64,000 bases of DNA from the human T2T-CHM13v2.0 reference genome, Homo sapiens. The notes beneath the pieces are model-generated. The model was not told where the DNA came from. It saw only the letters and a program-made list of their open reading frames with translations, and did not search any database. Of this stretch, positions 12,196-25,423 are shown piece by piece. Position numbers and translations under genes: made by a program. How positions within the stretch are numbered: the first letter of the stretch is position 1; each line of letters begins with the position of its first letter. The stretch lies in the NCBI RefSeq assembly GCF_009914755.1, contig NC_060925.1. One strand, 5' to 3'.

Positions 12196-14150
12196 CCCTT
12201 ATGTCTAAGTAGGGCCGAAGGTAAGGATGACCTACCTCTTTGAGGATGGATGAGGATGGTGATGGTGGCTGGGGTGTCACCTGACTGGTATGGGTGTTAG
12301 GAGTGGGGGAAGGGATGAGTTTGGTGGCATATGTAGGCTCAGCAGAGGGAGAGCCAGGGCTCCAGGGAGTTCAGCTGGGAGGCTGTCCGAATGCTATATT
12401 TTTGGAGCCATATGGAATAAACACCCAGACACCTGGGCCTCAGTCCCCCAACCCCAACCAGCCCCGGTAGAGCAGCTCCAAAATAGGAAATTCGCAGAGG
12501 TAGCCCCAGAGAGGCTGCTCAGATTAGGCTGCAGTGAGCACCTAGGCATGGCTGGCCACTCCCTGCTTTTAGGCATCCTGAATTTGCACGTCTAGGAATC
12601 TCCATCTCCATGTTTCAAGCTCTCTAGTGGGTGACTCACAGGCTCTGCAGGGGTTTGGGGGCTGCAGCTGAGTTCCTTTGAATATCTGTTGAATGAATAA
12701 AAGAAATGGAAGGAAAGGGGGAAAGGTGCTAAGGCAGACACAGGAGAAGAGGACAAAGGCTTGGGAGCACTGAAACGACCCCAGGGAGGCATGCCAAACA
12801 GAGCCCGAACAGAGGCAAGACAGCAGGGCTTGTCCTGACAGATGGCACAGGTGGGTCCAGTTTCCACTCGCTTTCCCACACCTGCAGCTACGCTGGCCAG
12901 GAGCACAAACCTCAAGCAAACAGAAATTTTTTCTCGTGATTTCAGTTTTAGTTTGATTGACATTTTTATTTACCCATGACATAGTTTCTTTTAGGATAGC
13001 TGGCTTTATTCTAAAGAGCAGCCCAAACTAAGTGGCCTAGGTGATTTGGCTGTTCAAATCTCCCTTTTCTGATCCTCCTGTCCTGCCCTACCTCTCCTCT
13101 CACCTGTCTGAGCACTTCTCTGACTCTTCCATCCAAGCTTTTTCTTCCTAGATGCCTGTACTCAGTCCTCAAGCTTTGGTCTCTAATCCCCTGCTTTTCT
13201 CTCTCTGCACTGCTCACCTTGACTTGGTAGCAGCTTCCACAGCTGCACACATCACCTGCCCCGCCCAGCACGCCCCAATCCTGCATTTCCAGCAGCTCTC
13301 ACATTCAATATGCTTAGTGCCCCACTCATCTTTTCACCCCTCTGTCTCTGGTAAACCTTCAGGCTTGCGACACTAGTGCTACCTCTAAACTCCACTCTCC
13401 TTTGTCCTCATAGCACCCATTCACCCAGTCACTCACCCTCCACTCCTACCCTTTCCTTCAAGCAAACAGAAACCCTGATTGGTTCAACAATTACTGATCA
13501 ACCACTACTGTGCACCAGGCAGTGCTGGGTACCGGAGGCATTTGCCTTGGCCTGTTCTTCTTCCACCTGCGGCACCTCCAGGACCACCCGAGGCCCTGAG
13601 ATTGGGAGAGGAAGCCTGTTCCATAACTGGTCAGCCTCACACCTGCAAGTAATTGACAGTGTGACCCTGGGCAAGTCACTTGCCACGTTTGAGCTTGGGT
13701 GTTCCCAATTGCCCTTTGGGAGGATTATTCATTCCCGCCTCACCTGTCCCCAGTCCAGCTGGGAAAGGCATCACCCGGCTTCCTACAGGTGACACCAGTC
13801 TGAATAATACTTGTGGTGCACCCATAGCCATGCTGCAGCCTCTTCCTCCCACAGACCACGGCCTTGACCCCCTTCAGCCTCCTGGCCCCCAGTATGGGAC
13901 AGAGCCCTGGAATCTGCATTTTAAAGAAACTCAAGGTAATTCTGTTATGGGAGGGTATGTGGACACACATGGAGAAATTCTGGCTCACAGGATAAAGTCT
14001 AAGCTTCCTCACCACCCCCAACTCATTGATGAAAACTTCGCCCTGCTTTCCAGCATTGGCCCCCTCTGTCTCCCAAGGGAGGGCCTGCAGCCGTGGCCAG
14101 ACTGCTCTGTCCACTCCCCACCCTGAGCTCAGCAATGAGCCTGCTCTTCT

Positions 14151-14461
14151 TCTTCTTTTGTTTTGTTTTGTTTTTCGAGACAGGGTCTTGCTGTGTCCCT
14201 CAGGCTGCAGTGCAGTGGTATAATCACAGCTCACTGCAGCCTCCGTCTCCTGGGCTCAAGCCATCCACCCGCTTCAGTCTCAATATTTAGGACTACAGGA
14301 GTATGACCACCACATCTGGCTAAATTTTTTATTTTTCTAGTTTTTGAGATGAGGTCTCACTACCTTGCCCATTCTAGTCTCAAACTCTCCGGCTCAGGTG
14401 ATCCTCCTGCCTCAGCCTCCCAAGTAGCTGGGATTACAGGCCTAAGCCCCCAGGCCTGGTC
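14151..14461 (-). mobile_element. AluJ
   Basis: Diverged dimer with J-type GCTCACTGCAGCCTC..GGGCTCAAG; TSD AGC(C)CTGCTCTTCT at 14138-14150 and 14462-14475. Confidence 0.92.
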
Positions 14462-14734
14462 AGCCCTGCTCTTCTCTTATGACTTCCCCAACTTGGAAAG
14501 ACTTCCTGACCTCCCTATCTCTGCAAGTCTCTTTCCCACCCTGCAACATCCAACTCAAATGCCTTCACCTTCCTCTATCAAGCTCAGAATCTCCACTTGA
14601 CATCAGTTAGGGCCAAACACACAGACCATCATCATTTCCTGCCTGGATTGCTGGCTGGCTTTTGACTGGCTCATATCCTAGCTTTCTAAGCTGACTGTGA
14701 GCTCCCTGAGGCCAACCATCCATCTTGCAGATCC

Positions 14735-15480
14735 TTGGGTTCAATAACAAATGCTTACTGAGCACCTGCAGAAACCTATACAGCAGCACCCTGCTGGGTG
14801 TACAGAAGAGGAAGGCCGAATCCCTGCCTAGAGGGGAGCCCCTCTCATGGAGAGACAGATGGAACTTGCATATATGACCAGGGTAGAAATAAAGACAGGG
14901 TACCACAGAATCCCAGAGTAAAGGTCCTAATGCCATGGGGAAGGGGCACTCAGGGGGCAGGGAAGGAAAACTCAGAAAGAGGGAGCAGCACACGCAAAGG
15001 ATTAAAGTGTGACATGTTCTGCACAAGAGCAGGGGTGGGGGAGGAAGAAGGATGGAGATAACGGGAACAGGCTGGACTGGGAATGCTGAGCTAAGGGTCT
15101 GGATTCATCCTGTAGGTCAAGGGTTGGCAAATCCAGCCGGCTGCCTGTTTTCGTACATAAAATTTTACTGGAACACAACCACGCCCATTTTTTACATATT
15201 ATCTGTGGTTGCTTCCAGGCTGCAATGACAAAGTCAAGAGAGACTATATGCCCGGCAAAGCTTCAAATACTATCTGGCCATTCAGAGCAAAAGAATGCTC
15301 ATTCCTGCCATAGACGTTGGAAGCTATGGGTGGATTTTAAGCAGCAGATAGCAGGGTCAGATTTGTGTTTCACGTTTCTATCACTCTCGGATCATGCTGG
15401 GATGTGCTGGAGCAGGCAAGCCAGGGGAAAGGGAAGGTGGCTGGGAGGCTGGTACAGTTTTCCAGGTAGGGGATGGAGAT
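14735..15480 (-). mobile_element. L2 fragment split by MER58A
   Basis: TTCAATAACAAATGCTTACTGAGCACC start; GGATTTTAAGCAG..AGATTTGTGTTT after the insert. Confidence 0.6.
15118..15307. mobile_element. MER58A (hAT-Charlie MITE)
   Basis: CAAGGGTTGGCAAA terminus; ATAAAATTTTACTGGAACACAACCACGCCC; ends TTCCTG. Confidence 0.8.
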
Positions 15481-15509
15481 CAACAACAACATTGCTGTTT
15501 TTTATTAAG

Positions 15510-15710
15510 AGATTCATTAAGAGTTGCTATGTGCCCACACTGGGCTGTGCCCTTTACACATATTCATTTAATCTGCAGAGTAACTGCTGGATATAGCTAG
15601 AGTTGTTATCTCCATCCTACTGATGAGGCACAGAGAAGTGAAGTCATTTGCCCAAGGTCACGCAGCCAGTATGAGACAGAGCCCGGATGCAAACCCAGTG
15701 GTCCAAACCT
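15510..15710 (-). mobile_element. MIR
   Basis: GAGGCACAGAGAAGTGAAGTCATTTGCCCAAGGTCAC core. Confidence 0.75.
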
Positions 15711-17528
15711 GAGCTGGGGCCCTCAGTGCCAAGCTCCAGGGCTTCAGTGTCAAGCATGTTTTTGGCAACAGATCCCTTCGAGCCTCCCTGGGAATACACA
15801 GAACACAAATCCTCTAAAGGAGAAAATCTACCCCAGCCGAGTCAGGCAGGAAGTGGGAGGCAGCAGTGTGGCTATTTTGGAGAAGCGACACGAGAAACCA
15901 CGAAACTTCCTACCTGTCCCGTTTTGCTCCCATCTGTCCTCAGAAACAAGGCTGCCCCTCTCCAAGATAAAAAGGTGTTTCTCCCCACACAGTGGCTCTG
16001 CCACTGGTGGTGGGAGAGAGAGCACTAAGCTTAGCACACACTTGCTATTTTTAAAGGGCTATATAAACAAACAGGGCTATGTAAATAAGAAAAAAATGAG
16101 GTCATCCTTTTAAAACCTAAAAATGTCCCTTTTCTATGGGGTGAGCAGCACAACCTCAGAAAGCACAGGGGTTTTTCTATCCCCTTGAGGCTTCTCTAGC
16201 CCATGGCCTCCAAAAACCACCAGGCCTGGCTCTCTTCCTTGCACCCACTGAGTGAAGGGCAGGTGGCCTGGGAGTCAGGACTCCTGGGTTTCATTCCTGG
16301 GTCTGTGGGCTTTGCCTCAAATGCCTAAGGCCAATGTGCAATCCCAGCCACCACCATCCAGAGAACCTGACATCCAACCCCACGCCGGTCTCTCACAAAC
16401 ACGGCCCATGCTCCAGGCCCTCCTCCTCCTGTGCCAGCCCTGGCTTGGCAAGCTGATTCTCCTGGCCCCTCGGGTATCCTTTTTCCTCCCCACTGCCTCA
16501 CACCTTGACCTGTTGAATGGCCACAGAGGCTCTCTGCATGCCGATCAGAAGTGACGTGTATGCTCCCCACCCCCACTTCTCTGCACACATGTTTACCTTG
16601 CTCCACGCTCTTCTGCACCTTTTCTTCAAAGGCGCGGGCCAGAGGTCATTAAAGCAGCCCCAGGAGCTGAGTTTGCCCATCAACAACTGCTAGGAGACAT
16701 CCCAAGCCTCGGCAGAAGCTCACATGGCCTCCCTGGGTTGCGAAGAGTACTATTTCCACTACTGACTGCACTCTCCACAGCATCACCTCAACTTCTCCCC
16801 TCCCCATCTCTCCTCCTTCCTCCTCTGCCTCCAACTCTCAGCATCCGTGGCCCCTCCATTATCCTCCAGTACAAAAATGAGAACCACCAATATTTGCTGA
16901 AGGGGTAGTCTCCAAATTGTGTTCCATGAAAGTGTTTCAGAGGCTCTCCAAATGTTCCACGAGCATGTTATTCTAAAAGTACAGTTTGACTCCTATTCTA
17001 ACAGAAAACGAGCACGTACACACATTCAAACATGCTCTATAGCACATGGGAACACACTGAATATAGCCAACAAGTGCTGCCGGTTTAATTTGGTTTGTGC
17101 AGACCTCAGATGAAGGTCTGGGTAGATCTTGACCTTCACCGTTGAAATGTATCTTCAGTTAGGAAGAGTGGAGCTCTTCACTGGGTATCTTTGTGTTGTC
17201 ATTTTTTAAATTCAGGACTCTATATGCGTACACAAAACCATACAAGCAAGTACACTCTGAAGCTTTCAATGACAAGACAATGTATTATGTGGATTATCAT
17301 GAAAATATCATAAATGATTGTGGGGCTTCCTGTCTGACTTATGTGTGTAATAGGAAGGAATTCAAGCAGTTGTTGGATATTGTCACTGATGCAAACCAGA
17401 ATTCCCTTCTACTCCTCCCCAAATGCCCAGATAATGTTGAACTGAAGACCATTCTGTGGCTTTAAGGCAAGCTGTTAACAATCTGTCACCATTCACATCA
17501 TGTTATGGATGTTGATTTAGAATTCCTT

Positions 17529-17924
<396 letters not shown>

Positions 17925-17930
17925 CTAGGG

Positions 17931-18113
17931 CAGAGGTCAGCAAACTTCTTCTGTAAAGGGCCAAATAGTAAGAACTTTAGATTTTGTGAAACAGACAGTC
18001 TCAAGCAGCCATAGATAATGCATTTAAAAAACGGTGTGGCTATGTTCCAATAAAACTTTACCGAATCAGGCAGCAGCCTGGATTAGGCCCACAGGCAAGT
18101 TTGCCAATTCCTG
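17931..18113. mobile_element. MER58A (opposite orientation to the copy at 15118)
   Basis: TIRs CAGAGGTCAGCAAACT / AGTTTGCCAATTCCTG; 8-bp hAT TSD ATCTAGGG / ATCTAGAA. Confidence 0.88.
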
Positions 18114-18223
18114 ATCTAGAACCTCAGATTTCAATGTGTTTGTGCATCAAAACAGAGGTGTCGCTAATAACATAATAAATATAACGTTCATAATAAATAA
18201 TAAATAAATGTCAAAAACTAGAC

Positions 18224-18389
18224 AGCCAGGTGTGGTGGTCCATGCCTGTACTCCTAGCTACTCAGGAAGCTCAGGTAGGAGGATCCCTTGAGCCCAGGAG
18301 TTTGAGGCTGCAGTGAGCTATGATCACACCACTATACTCTAGCCTGGGCAACAGAGCAAGACAGTATATATTAAAAATAAATAAATAAA
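18224..18389 (+). mobile_element. Alu monomer (FRAM/FAM or AluJ right arm)
   Basis: AGCCAGGTGTGGTGG..GAGCCCAGGAGTTTGAGGCTGCAGTGAGCTATGATC; (TAAA)n tail. Confidence 0.88.
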
Positions 18390-19519
18390 GTCTTTTGCAT
18401 CTGACTTAAATTAGACTAAGTCTAAATGGCAATAATTTGGAGATAAGAAATAAGAATAAAAATGAGAATTTTTAAACAATGCTAAAAATTTGAACTTAAA
18501 AAATAATGTATTCATAAACCATCATTTTAACCTGTTTTATATATTGACATTCCATGCAAGATTTGGCTTTTAAAAATAGCTTCTAAGACTATAAAAGTCT
18601 GAAAACTGCTCAAGTTTCTCATTGCTGAGAAATTGCTTCCATATCCATTTTCAAATGAGATCTGTCCTCTAGTTTCTCATTCAGAAAGCACATTTATTCT
18701 GGAGAAAGCCCCACTTCAGGCCCCTTCTGAAGAGCGGCTGTGACTCCATGTTTCCCTGCCCTCAGTAATTCCACACATAGCTGTGCCCAAGCCTCTGATG
18801 GTGCTGATGGGCCACCCCGCCCTCCCCAGCACCGGGGCGTTTGCAGCACTGCACACCTCTGTCTTGTTCGGATGCCATATATCCCAGCTCCTCCCTGGTG
18901 GCTGGGAGGGCCGTGCCAGCAGTGGCCGTGATCACCTGGACTCCAGCAGCACCAAGTCAGCACCTCATTAATCACAGGCACTTTCTTCCCCAGGGAGAAC
19001 ACAGGCAGAGGCAGGAGCCAGGTTTCTCGCTGGAACTGACAGCTCATTTCCCTCTGGGCAAGTCCCATACTCTACAGATTCTTCCAAGCAGCTGGCTGAG
19101 CCCACACGGACAAACAGAGAGTCTGGGCACGAAGCGGGGGGAGGGGAGGGAAATGCCAAGTCTGCAGAGGACCCCCCATCTGTACTCCCTGGACAGTTCC
19201 CCCATGTATCTGGCTTGCATCTCTCAGAGGGCTCTGCTTCTGGACTAGTTCAAGTATCTGTTGTACACCTCATGGAATGAACCCAGATCCTGTCCTGAGA
19301 CTGCTCATGAGACCCCTAAATGGCTGTGATAGGCACAGAAGGAAACAAGTGCTAAGTTGAGGTACCAGGAAGTGCCCCAGGATGCCGAGCCAGGGGCATG
19401 CTGGGGCATTACAGCATGATCGATTCCTATGAACATGTGGACATTCCTGGGGAAGGGGTCATCCTTGGAGCTGTCATTGCTCTTCTTCAGGAAGCATCTT
19501 GGTGGAGAAAAAAGTGCTG

Positions 19520-19680
19520 GGTCTTTTGTAACCAGAGGCTCTGCCCCTTACCATCTGTGTAGCTGTCTTTAAACTACTGAACCTCTCTGTGCTCAGTTTC
19601 CTTATGTGCACAACAGGGGCAACAGGACCAGACTCACTGAGGTTTGGGAAGGACTCGAACCTGTCTGTAAAGTACCAACC
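19520..19680 (+). mobile_element. MIR
   Basis: AACCTCTCTGTGCTCAGTTTCCTTATGTG core. Confidence 0.6.
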
Positions 19681-19859
19681 ATGTGGGCAGCAGCATCGGT
19701 CCCCGTGCTTCAGCCTGACCTCAGGGACACAGCACTGGGGCCAGAGGGCAGGGCAAGCAGATGGCACAGGGCTGCAACTGGGAGAGCAGGGTGGTGGCCC
19801 AACTGCCCACACACGCCAGAAGGGTGACTCACGTTTGGGAGGTCCTTGTTAACGTGGCT

Positions 19860-20030
19860 GGCAACATTCTAGGGGCCTTCCCCAGCAACCCTGTGAGGCA
19901 GGTATCACTACCAGCCTCATTTTGCAAGTGAGAAGGATGAGGCAGAGTTGGAGCAATTTGCCTCTTAAACCAGTAAGTGTCTCACACAACCACTAAGAGT
20001 CGGGGCTGGGATTTGAACTCAGGGTGGGTC
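19860..20030 (-). mobile_element. MIR
   Basis: CAACCCTGTGAGGCAGGTATC..GGGATTTGAACTCAGG. Confidence 0.7.
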
Positions 20031-21783
20031 TACACTGTTAAGTACCACAACAAACATCCCCTCTTAAAATGAGGCTCCAATGCCCAGTTCTTCCTTGGAA
20101 TCCAGGGAACGATTCCTTTACCTCCTCAGGAGAACCCTGGTCTAGGCCTAGGGCTGGTAGGCCCAAGCTGTCATACTGTGGGCAGAGACACAGGCTCTAG
20201 CCACCCCGAAGTCCAGGCAGCAACAGCGATGCCATCTCTGAGGGCTGCCTGTGGCCCCATCCCCTTCTCTATACAGTGAGGAAACTTCAGCTTTCAGAGA
20301 AGCGGAAGAGTCACTGCTCCTGGCATGCCAGGCTGGGAAATGTTGCCTTGGAAATCTCAGCTGGGCCCACAGACCCAAACACAGGCCCCCAGAAGGAGGC
20401 CCTGGAGTCCCCAAGCCTTGGCTGCATCAGAATCAATGTAGATTCCTGGGTCCCCAACCCCCAAGAGTCTGATGCAGAGGGCACAGGTAGGCCAGAGAAC
20501 TCCCTCCCTCCATCCATCCCTCCCTCCCTCCCTTCCTTCCTTCCTTTGTCATACCAGGCACCCTCTTTCTAATCCCCAGCTCTCTGGGTGATTCTGGCTC
20601 TCCACACCAGAGAAAACATCCAAGGACTTGTTCTTGACCCAACAAGCTTCTAACACTGCACACCTAACCTGTACTGCAGCCTGAACATCTAGCCAGAAAC
20701 CACAGCACATACCTGAAGATCTAAATGCATATATAAACATAAGCTGATACCAGGCCTCTCCCCAGGCTCATTTGATCACTATTTCAGGAGCTGGGGCCCT
20801 GCTATTGAAATTGCTGAAATTCCAAGAATCATTGCCCCAACCCTGACATCTTTTCAATTCTTCACAACTTGGGGGCAGGTGGGGTGAGAAAGGGGACTGA
20901 AGACCTGCTGCTATGTCTCTAACTCCCGTGGTGCTCCTCTGACTAGGCATTGGGTGGGCAGTGGTGGTCTTCAGCAAGAACCATTATGTGGGAGAAGAGG
21001 GTAGACCTCTGGCTATCAGGAGCACACAGTTGGACTGGCTTGTGGAGGCTGTGGCCCCTGGAGAGGGGGCTGTGGCCCTTTGAGAGGAGCTGTTGTGTCC
21101 TTTGCCAGGACAGAATGGAAACTGAGGTACTGGGAGGGGGCGGACTGCATTTCATGGGAGACAGCATGGGAAGCAGTAGCCAGTTGCTGGCACTCAAGGT
21201 CTCTACTCCTGACCAAGGAAGGTTGAGGACTTTCACAACAACTTTCACAGAGGCACCAGAAAGGCAACGATAACACTAATAATAACAATAATACATTTTT
21301 CAGAGGAAGAACTAAGCAAGCTCATGCAAGACAGACCAACATGGCGCCTGGCAAGCATATTCAGCAACAGCCCCCATTTCCTACCTGTGCTGAAGGCACC
21401 ACTTCCGATGACCAAAACTGAAACGCTGTTCTCTCTGAAAGCCAGCATTCATGTCCACTCCTGCGGCAGCCACCCTCCACCTAGGCGCCGCTCTTCCCAC
21501 CAGAGGGGCGGGCTTGCTTGGCCAGGACCCCGCGAGGCTCCTCCATGAACTAGGTTGAGGCTGCTGGGTTTGTGCCTCGAATCCTGCAGGAGATGATTGA
21601 GAAACATGGTCAAAGAACTTTCTCGGTCAACTTTTTTAGACACAGAACAATCCCTGCCTGGTCCCTGGAGGACACACCCCCCAGCTACTCCCAAGCAGCT
21701 TTACTTGGTACAGGGCCTGATCCCCACATCCCCCTACTTTGCATCCAACACTTAACTTCTCTGAGCCTCTATTTCTTCACTAG

Positions 21784-23495
21784 TGTGGTAGGCAGAATTC
21801 TAAGATGGCCCTCAAGATTTCCGGTTCCCCTGGTGCACAGACCCTGCAAAGCCCCCAGGACTGTGAATAGGATGGATGGTTGGGTTATGTTACAGGGCAC
21901 AACTGACCTTAAGAGAGGGGGATTATCAAGACCTGGCCTGGTATGAAAGCCCTTTAAAAACAGAATTTGCAGGAAATGCCATTCTGGTCACCAGCCTTGG
22001 GAAAAGTATTTATGGCTAAGTGCTCAAAAGCAATTGCAACAAAAACAAAAATTGGCAAGTAGGCCTAATTAAACTAAAGAGCGTCTGCACAGCAAAAGAA
22101 ACTATCAATAGAGTAAATAGACAACCTACAGAATGGGAGAAAATGTCTACAAACTGTGCATCCAACGAAGATCTAATATTCAGAATCTATAAGGAACTTA
22201 AACAATTCAACAAGCAAAAACCAAATAATCCCATTAAAAAGTAGGCAAAGGACACGAATAGACACTTCTCAAAACAAGACATACAAGTGGCCACCAAACA
22301 TGAAAAAAATGCTCAACGTCACTAATCATCAGAGAAATGCAAATCAAAACCACAATGAAATGCCATCTCACACCAGTCAGAATGTCTATTACTAAAAAGG
22401 CAAAAAAACAACAGATGCTGGCGAGACCGTGGAGAGAAGGGAATGCTTATACGCGGTTGGCAGGAATGTAAGGTAGCTCAGCCACTGTGGAAAGCAGTTT
22501 GGAAATTTCTCAAAGAACTTCAAACAGAACGACCATTCGACCCAGAAATTCCATTACTGAGTATATACCCAAAGGAAAATAAGTTATTCTGCCAAAAAGA
22601 CACACGCATTTGTATGTTCACTCCAGCACTATTCACAATAGCAAAGACATGGAATCAACCTACATGCCCATGAGTGGTGGATGAGGTAAAGAAAATGTGA
22701 TGCATATACACCATGGAATATTATGTAGTCATAAAAAAGAACAAAATCATGTCCTTGACAGCATCATGGATGCACCTGGAGGCCATTATCCTAAGAGAAT
22801 TAACACAGGCACAGAAAATCAAATGCCATGTGTTTTCACCTATAAGCAGGAGCTAAACATTGGGTACACATGGACATAAAGATGGGAACGACAGACACTA
22901 GTAACTACTGGGTGGGGGAGAGAGAGGGAGGGACAAGGGCTGAAAAACTACCTAGTGCGTACTATGCTCACTACCTGGGTGACAGGATCATTCTACTCCA
23001 AACCTCAGCATCACATAATATACCCAAACCTGCACATGTACCCCAAATCTAATAGAAAAGTTGAAATTATTTTTAAAAAGCAGAGTTTTCTCTGGCTAAT
23101 CACAGGAGAGGAAGTCAGAGAGATTAGGGTCTGGAGAAAGCTTCATCATACCCTCACCGCCTTGAAGATGGAGGGTTGTATGGAAAGGATTGGCCCGCAG
23201 CTTCCAGGAGCTGACAGCAACCCCGGCTGATGACCAGCAAAAAACAGGACCTCAGTCCTACCATTGTAGGGAACTGAGTCTTGTCAACACCTTGAATGAG
23301 CTTGGAAAGCAGAATGTTCCCCAGAGCTTCCAGATGAGAACCCAGCCCACCAACACCTTGATTCAGCCCTGAGCAGAGAATCCAGCCACTCTGTACCAGA
23401 CTTCTGCCCTACAGACCCGTGAGCTAACAAATGGGTGTTATTCTAAGTCACTAAATTGGAGGAGATTTGTTATGCAGCAAGAGAAAACTAATACA
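21784..23495 (+). mobile_element. MLT1E-like MaLR LTR interrupted by an L1
   Basis: Start TGTGGTAGGCAGAATTCTAAGATGGCCC; end TTTGTTATGCAGCAAGAGAAAACTAATACA. Confidence 0.85.
21970..23079 (+). mobile_element. 5'-truncated L1PB-type element (ORF2 C-terminus plus 3' UTR)
   Basis: ORF remnants [26 protein letters not shown] and QPLWKAVWKFLKEL..FDPEIPLLSIYPKE match L1 ORF2p; degenerate TSD TAAAAACAGAATTT / TAAAAAGCAGAGTTT. Confidence 0.95.
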
Positions 23496-23849
23496 GCCTG
23501 GAAAACTGACTCATATTCAGGCATGGGTGGCAATGAAATACAGTAATAGACATAAAAGCATATTGTATTCCCCAAATCACAAAATAAAACAGGCCAAGAG
23601 AGGCCTGTTTCAGGGCAGGAGCTCAACAGTGATTCCTGAATGAATACACAAATGAGTATTGGTTTTTAATAACTGACTTGCCAGGCTGTTGTAAGGATCA
23701 AATAAGGAAATATAGAGGAAGATGCTTTGTAAACTAGAAAGCCGAAGTTGTTTCAGTCAGTGGTGGCGTGGCGTGTCATATCCACGCCGTGCTCTTTGGA
23801 GGATGCTCTGGTTTGCCCGCTGCAGGCAGTGTCGTGGGATGGATGAGAA

Positions 23850-24050
23850 TGTGGCTTCCAGGGCCAGGTATACCTGGTTCAAATCTAGCCCTTCCACTTC
23901 TGACGTCTGCAACTTGAGAAAGTTGCATTGCCTTGCTGTGCCTGGCAAGTGGGGCTAAGAATGGTGAGTGCCTTCCAGGGCCCGTACTTTAATGAGTCCG
24001 TACATGGAAAAAGGTTGGAACAATGCCTGGCACGGCCCACGTAACTGCTC
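23850..24050 (+). mobile_element. MIR
   Basis: CCTGGTTCAAATCTAGCCCTTCCACTT..GGAACAATGCCTGGCAC. Confidence 0.65.
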
Positions 24051-25091
24051 TGAATATTATCTCAGAGTGGAACCCAATAATCTGGGTCTGGAGTAACCCG
24101 CACACAGGCCTGGGGCACTGTTACCTTTCTCCTCTTGGGCACCCTGCTTTTTATTCACACAGCCTCAGAATCACGTTTGGCAACCATATCGCACTGCTGA
24201 TTCCTACAGAGCATACAGGTCACCGATGCCCCCCTGCTGTCCCCTTCCCAATGTACCTGCTGCTATGAAACCCAGCCAGCCCCCTCCTACCCCCAGGGCA
24301 GCATCGCAGCACCACACAGTGGAGAGGCTTGCTCTGTGGCTCTATCAATCAGTTCCTGATTCTGCCGTCCGAACCAGCCCAATTTCTCACTACTCTGTGG
24401 GTTTCTATCCTCCCTGATCTGACCTCATGCCCTCCAATAGATTGCAGTTATTAATCAAAATGGCCGTGCTCTCTTCCTCCCAGTGTAGAAACACTCACTT
24501 CTCAGAACACGCTATTCTACAAACACAATCTACAGTTTCCTACCTCTGAGCCTTGGCTCAGGCAGCCTCTTCTGCATGGGATGCTACTCACCTCCCTCTG
24601 CAATCGTGCCCACCTTGCTGAATCCTGCCCATCTTCCCTCAGGAGGTTCAGCTAGCTCCCATAAAACTGGACCTAAGTTCTGCCTCTCCAGAATACCCCA
24701 AGCACATTTGCTGTGCTCCTCCTAAGGTAAATAACAGCATCCACTGTGCTCAGCCACGGCTTAAAGCCCTTCTAGATTGCATACAACTCAGGCAGGGTCA
24801 TTCTGACTCACTCCCTCACCCCGAGTATGGCCTGTCACACACAGTCAGTGTGGAACAATTCTCTTTAGTGCCCAAGTTGGTTGTTTATTCATTTAACAGA
24901 TGTCCACTCAGTGCCTATTTTGGGTAGAGCCGGGTTGTAGGTGCCAGCGTTAATAGATGGCAAAGATTTAATCTCTATCTTCAAGGGGAGCACGGAGTAG
25001 GGGTAGTCAATTTTGATGGTGTCTGAATGTGTAAGAGAGAGAAAAAAGAAAGAGGATATTTAAAACAAAGGGAGTCATGTAAGAAAAGACA

Positions 25092-25423
25092 GATCTCTTG
25101 ACCTCGTGATCCACCTGTCAAGGCCTCCCAAAGTGCTGGGATTACAGGCATGAGCCACCACGCCTGGCGGATCACGGGTTCAAGAGATCGAGACCATCCT
25201 GGCCAACATGGTGAAACCCTGTCTCTACTGAAAATACAAAAATTAGCCAGGCGTGGTGGCACATGCCTGCAGTCTCAGGTACTTGAGAGGGTAAGGCAGG
25301 AGAATTGCTTGAACCCCAGAGACAGAGGTTGCAGTGAGCCAAGATTGTGCCACTGCACTCCAGCCTGGGTGACACAGCAAGACTCCAACTCAAAGAAAAA
25401 AAAAAGAATAAAAAAAAGATAAA
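25092..25423 (+). mobile_element. AluSc with inverted 5' segment
   Basis: 25092-25168 is the reverse complement of Alu nt ~2-78; sense Alu from nt ~55 to poly(A); both parts carry the Sc-type TCAAGAGATC; one TSD pair. Confidence 0.93.

Noticed and set aside
22020-23052. Protein-like ORFs
   Set aside because: Frameshifted L1 ORF2p and 3' UTR remnants, not a host gene
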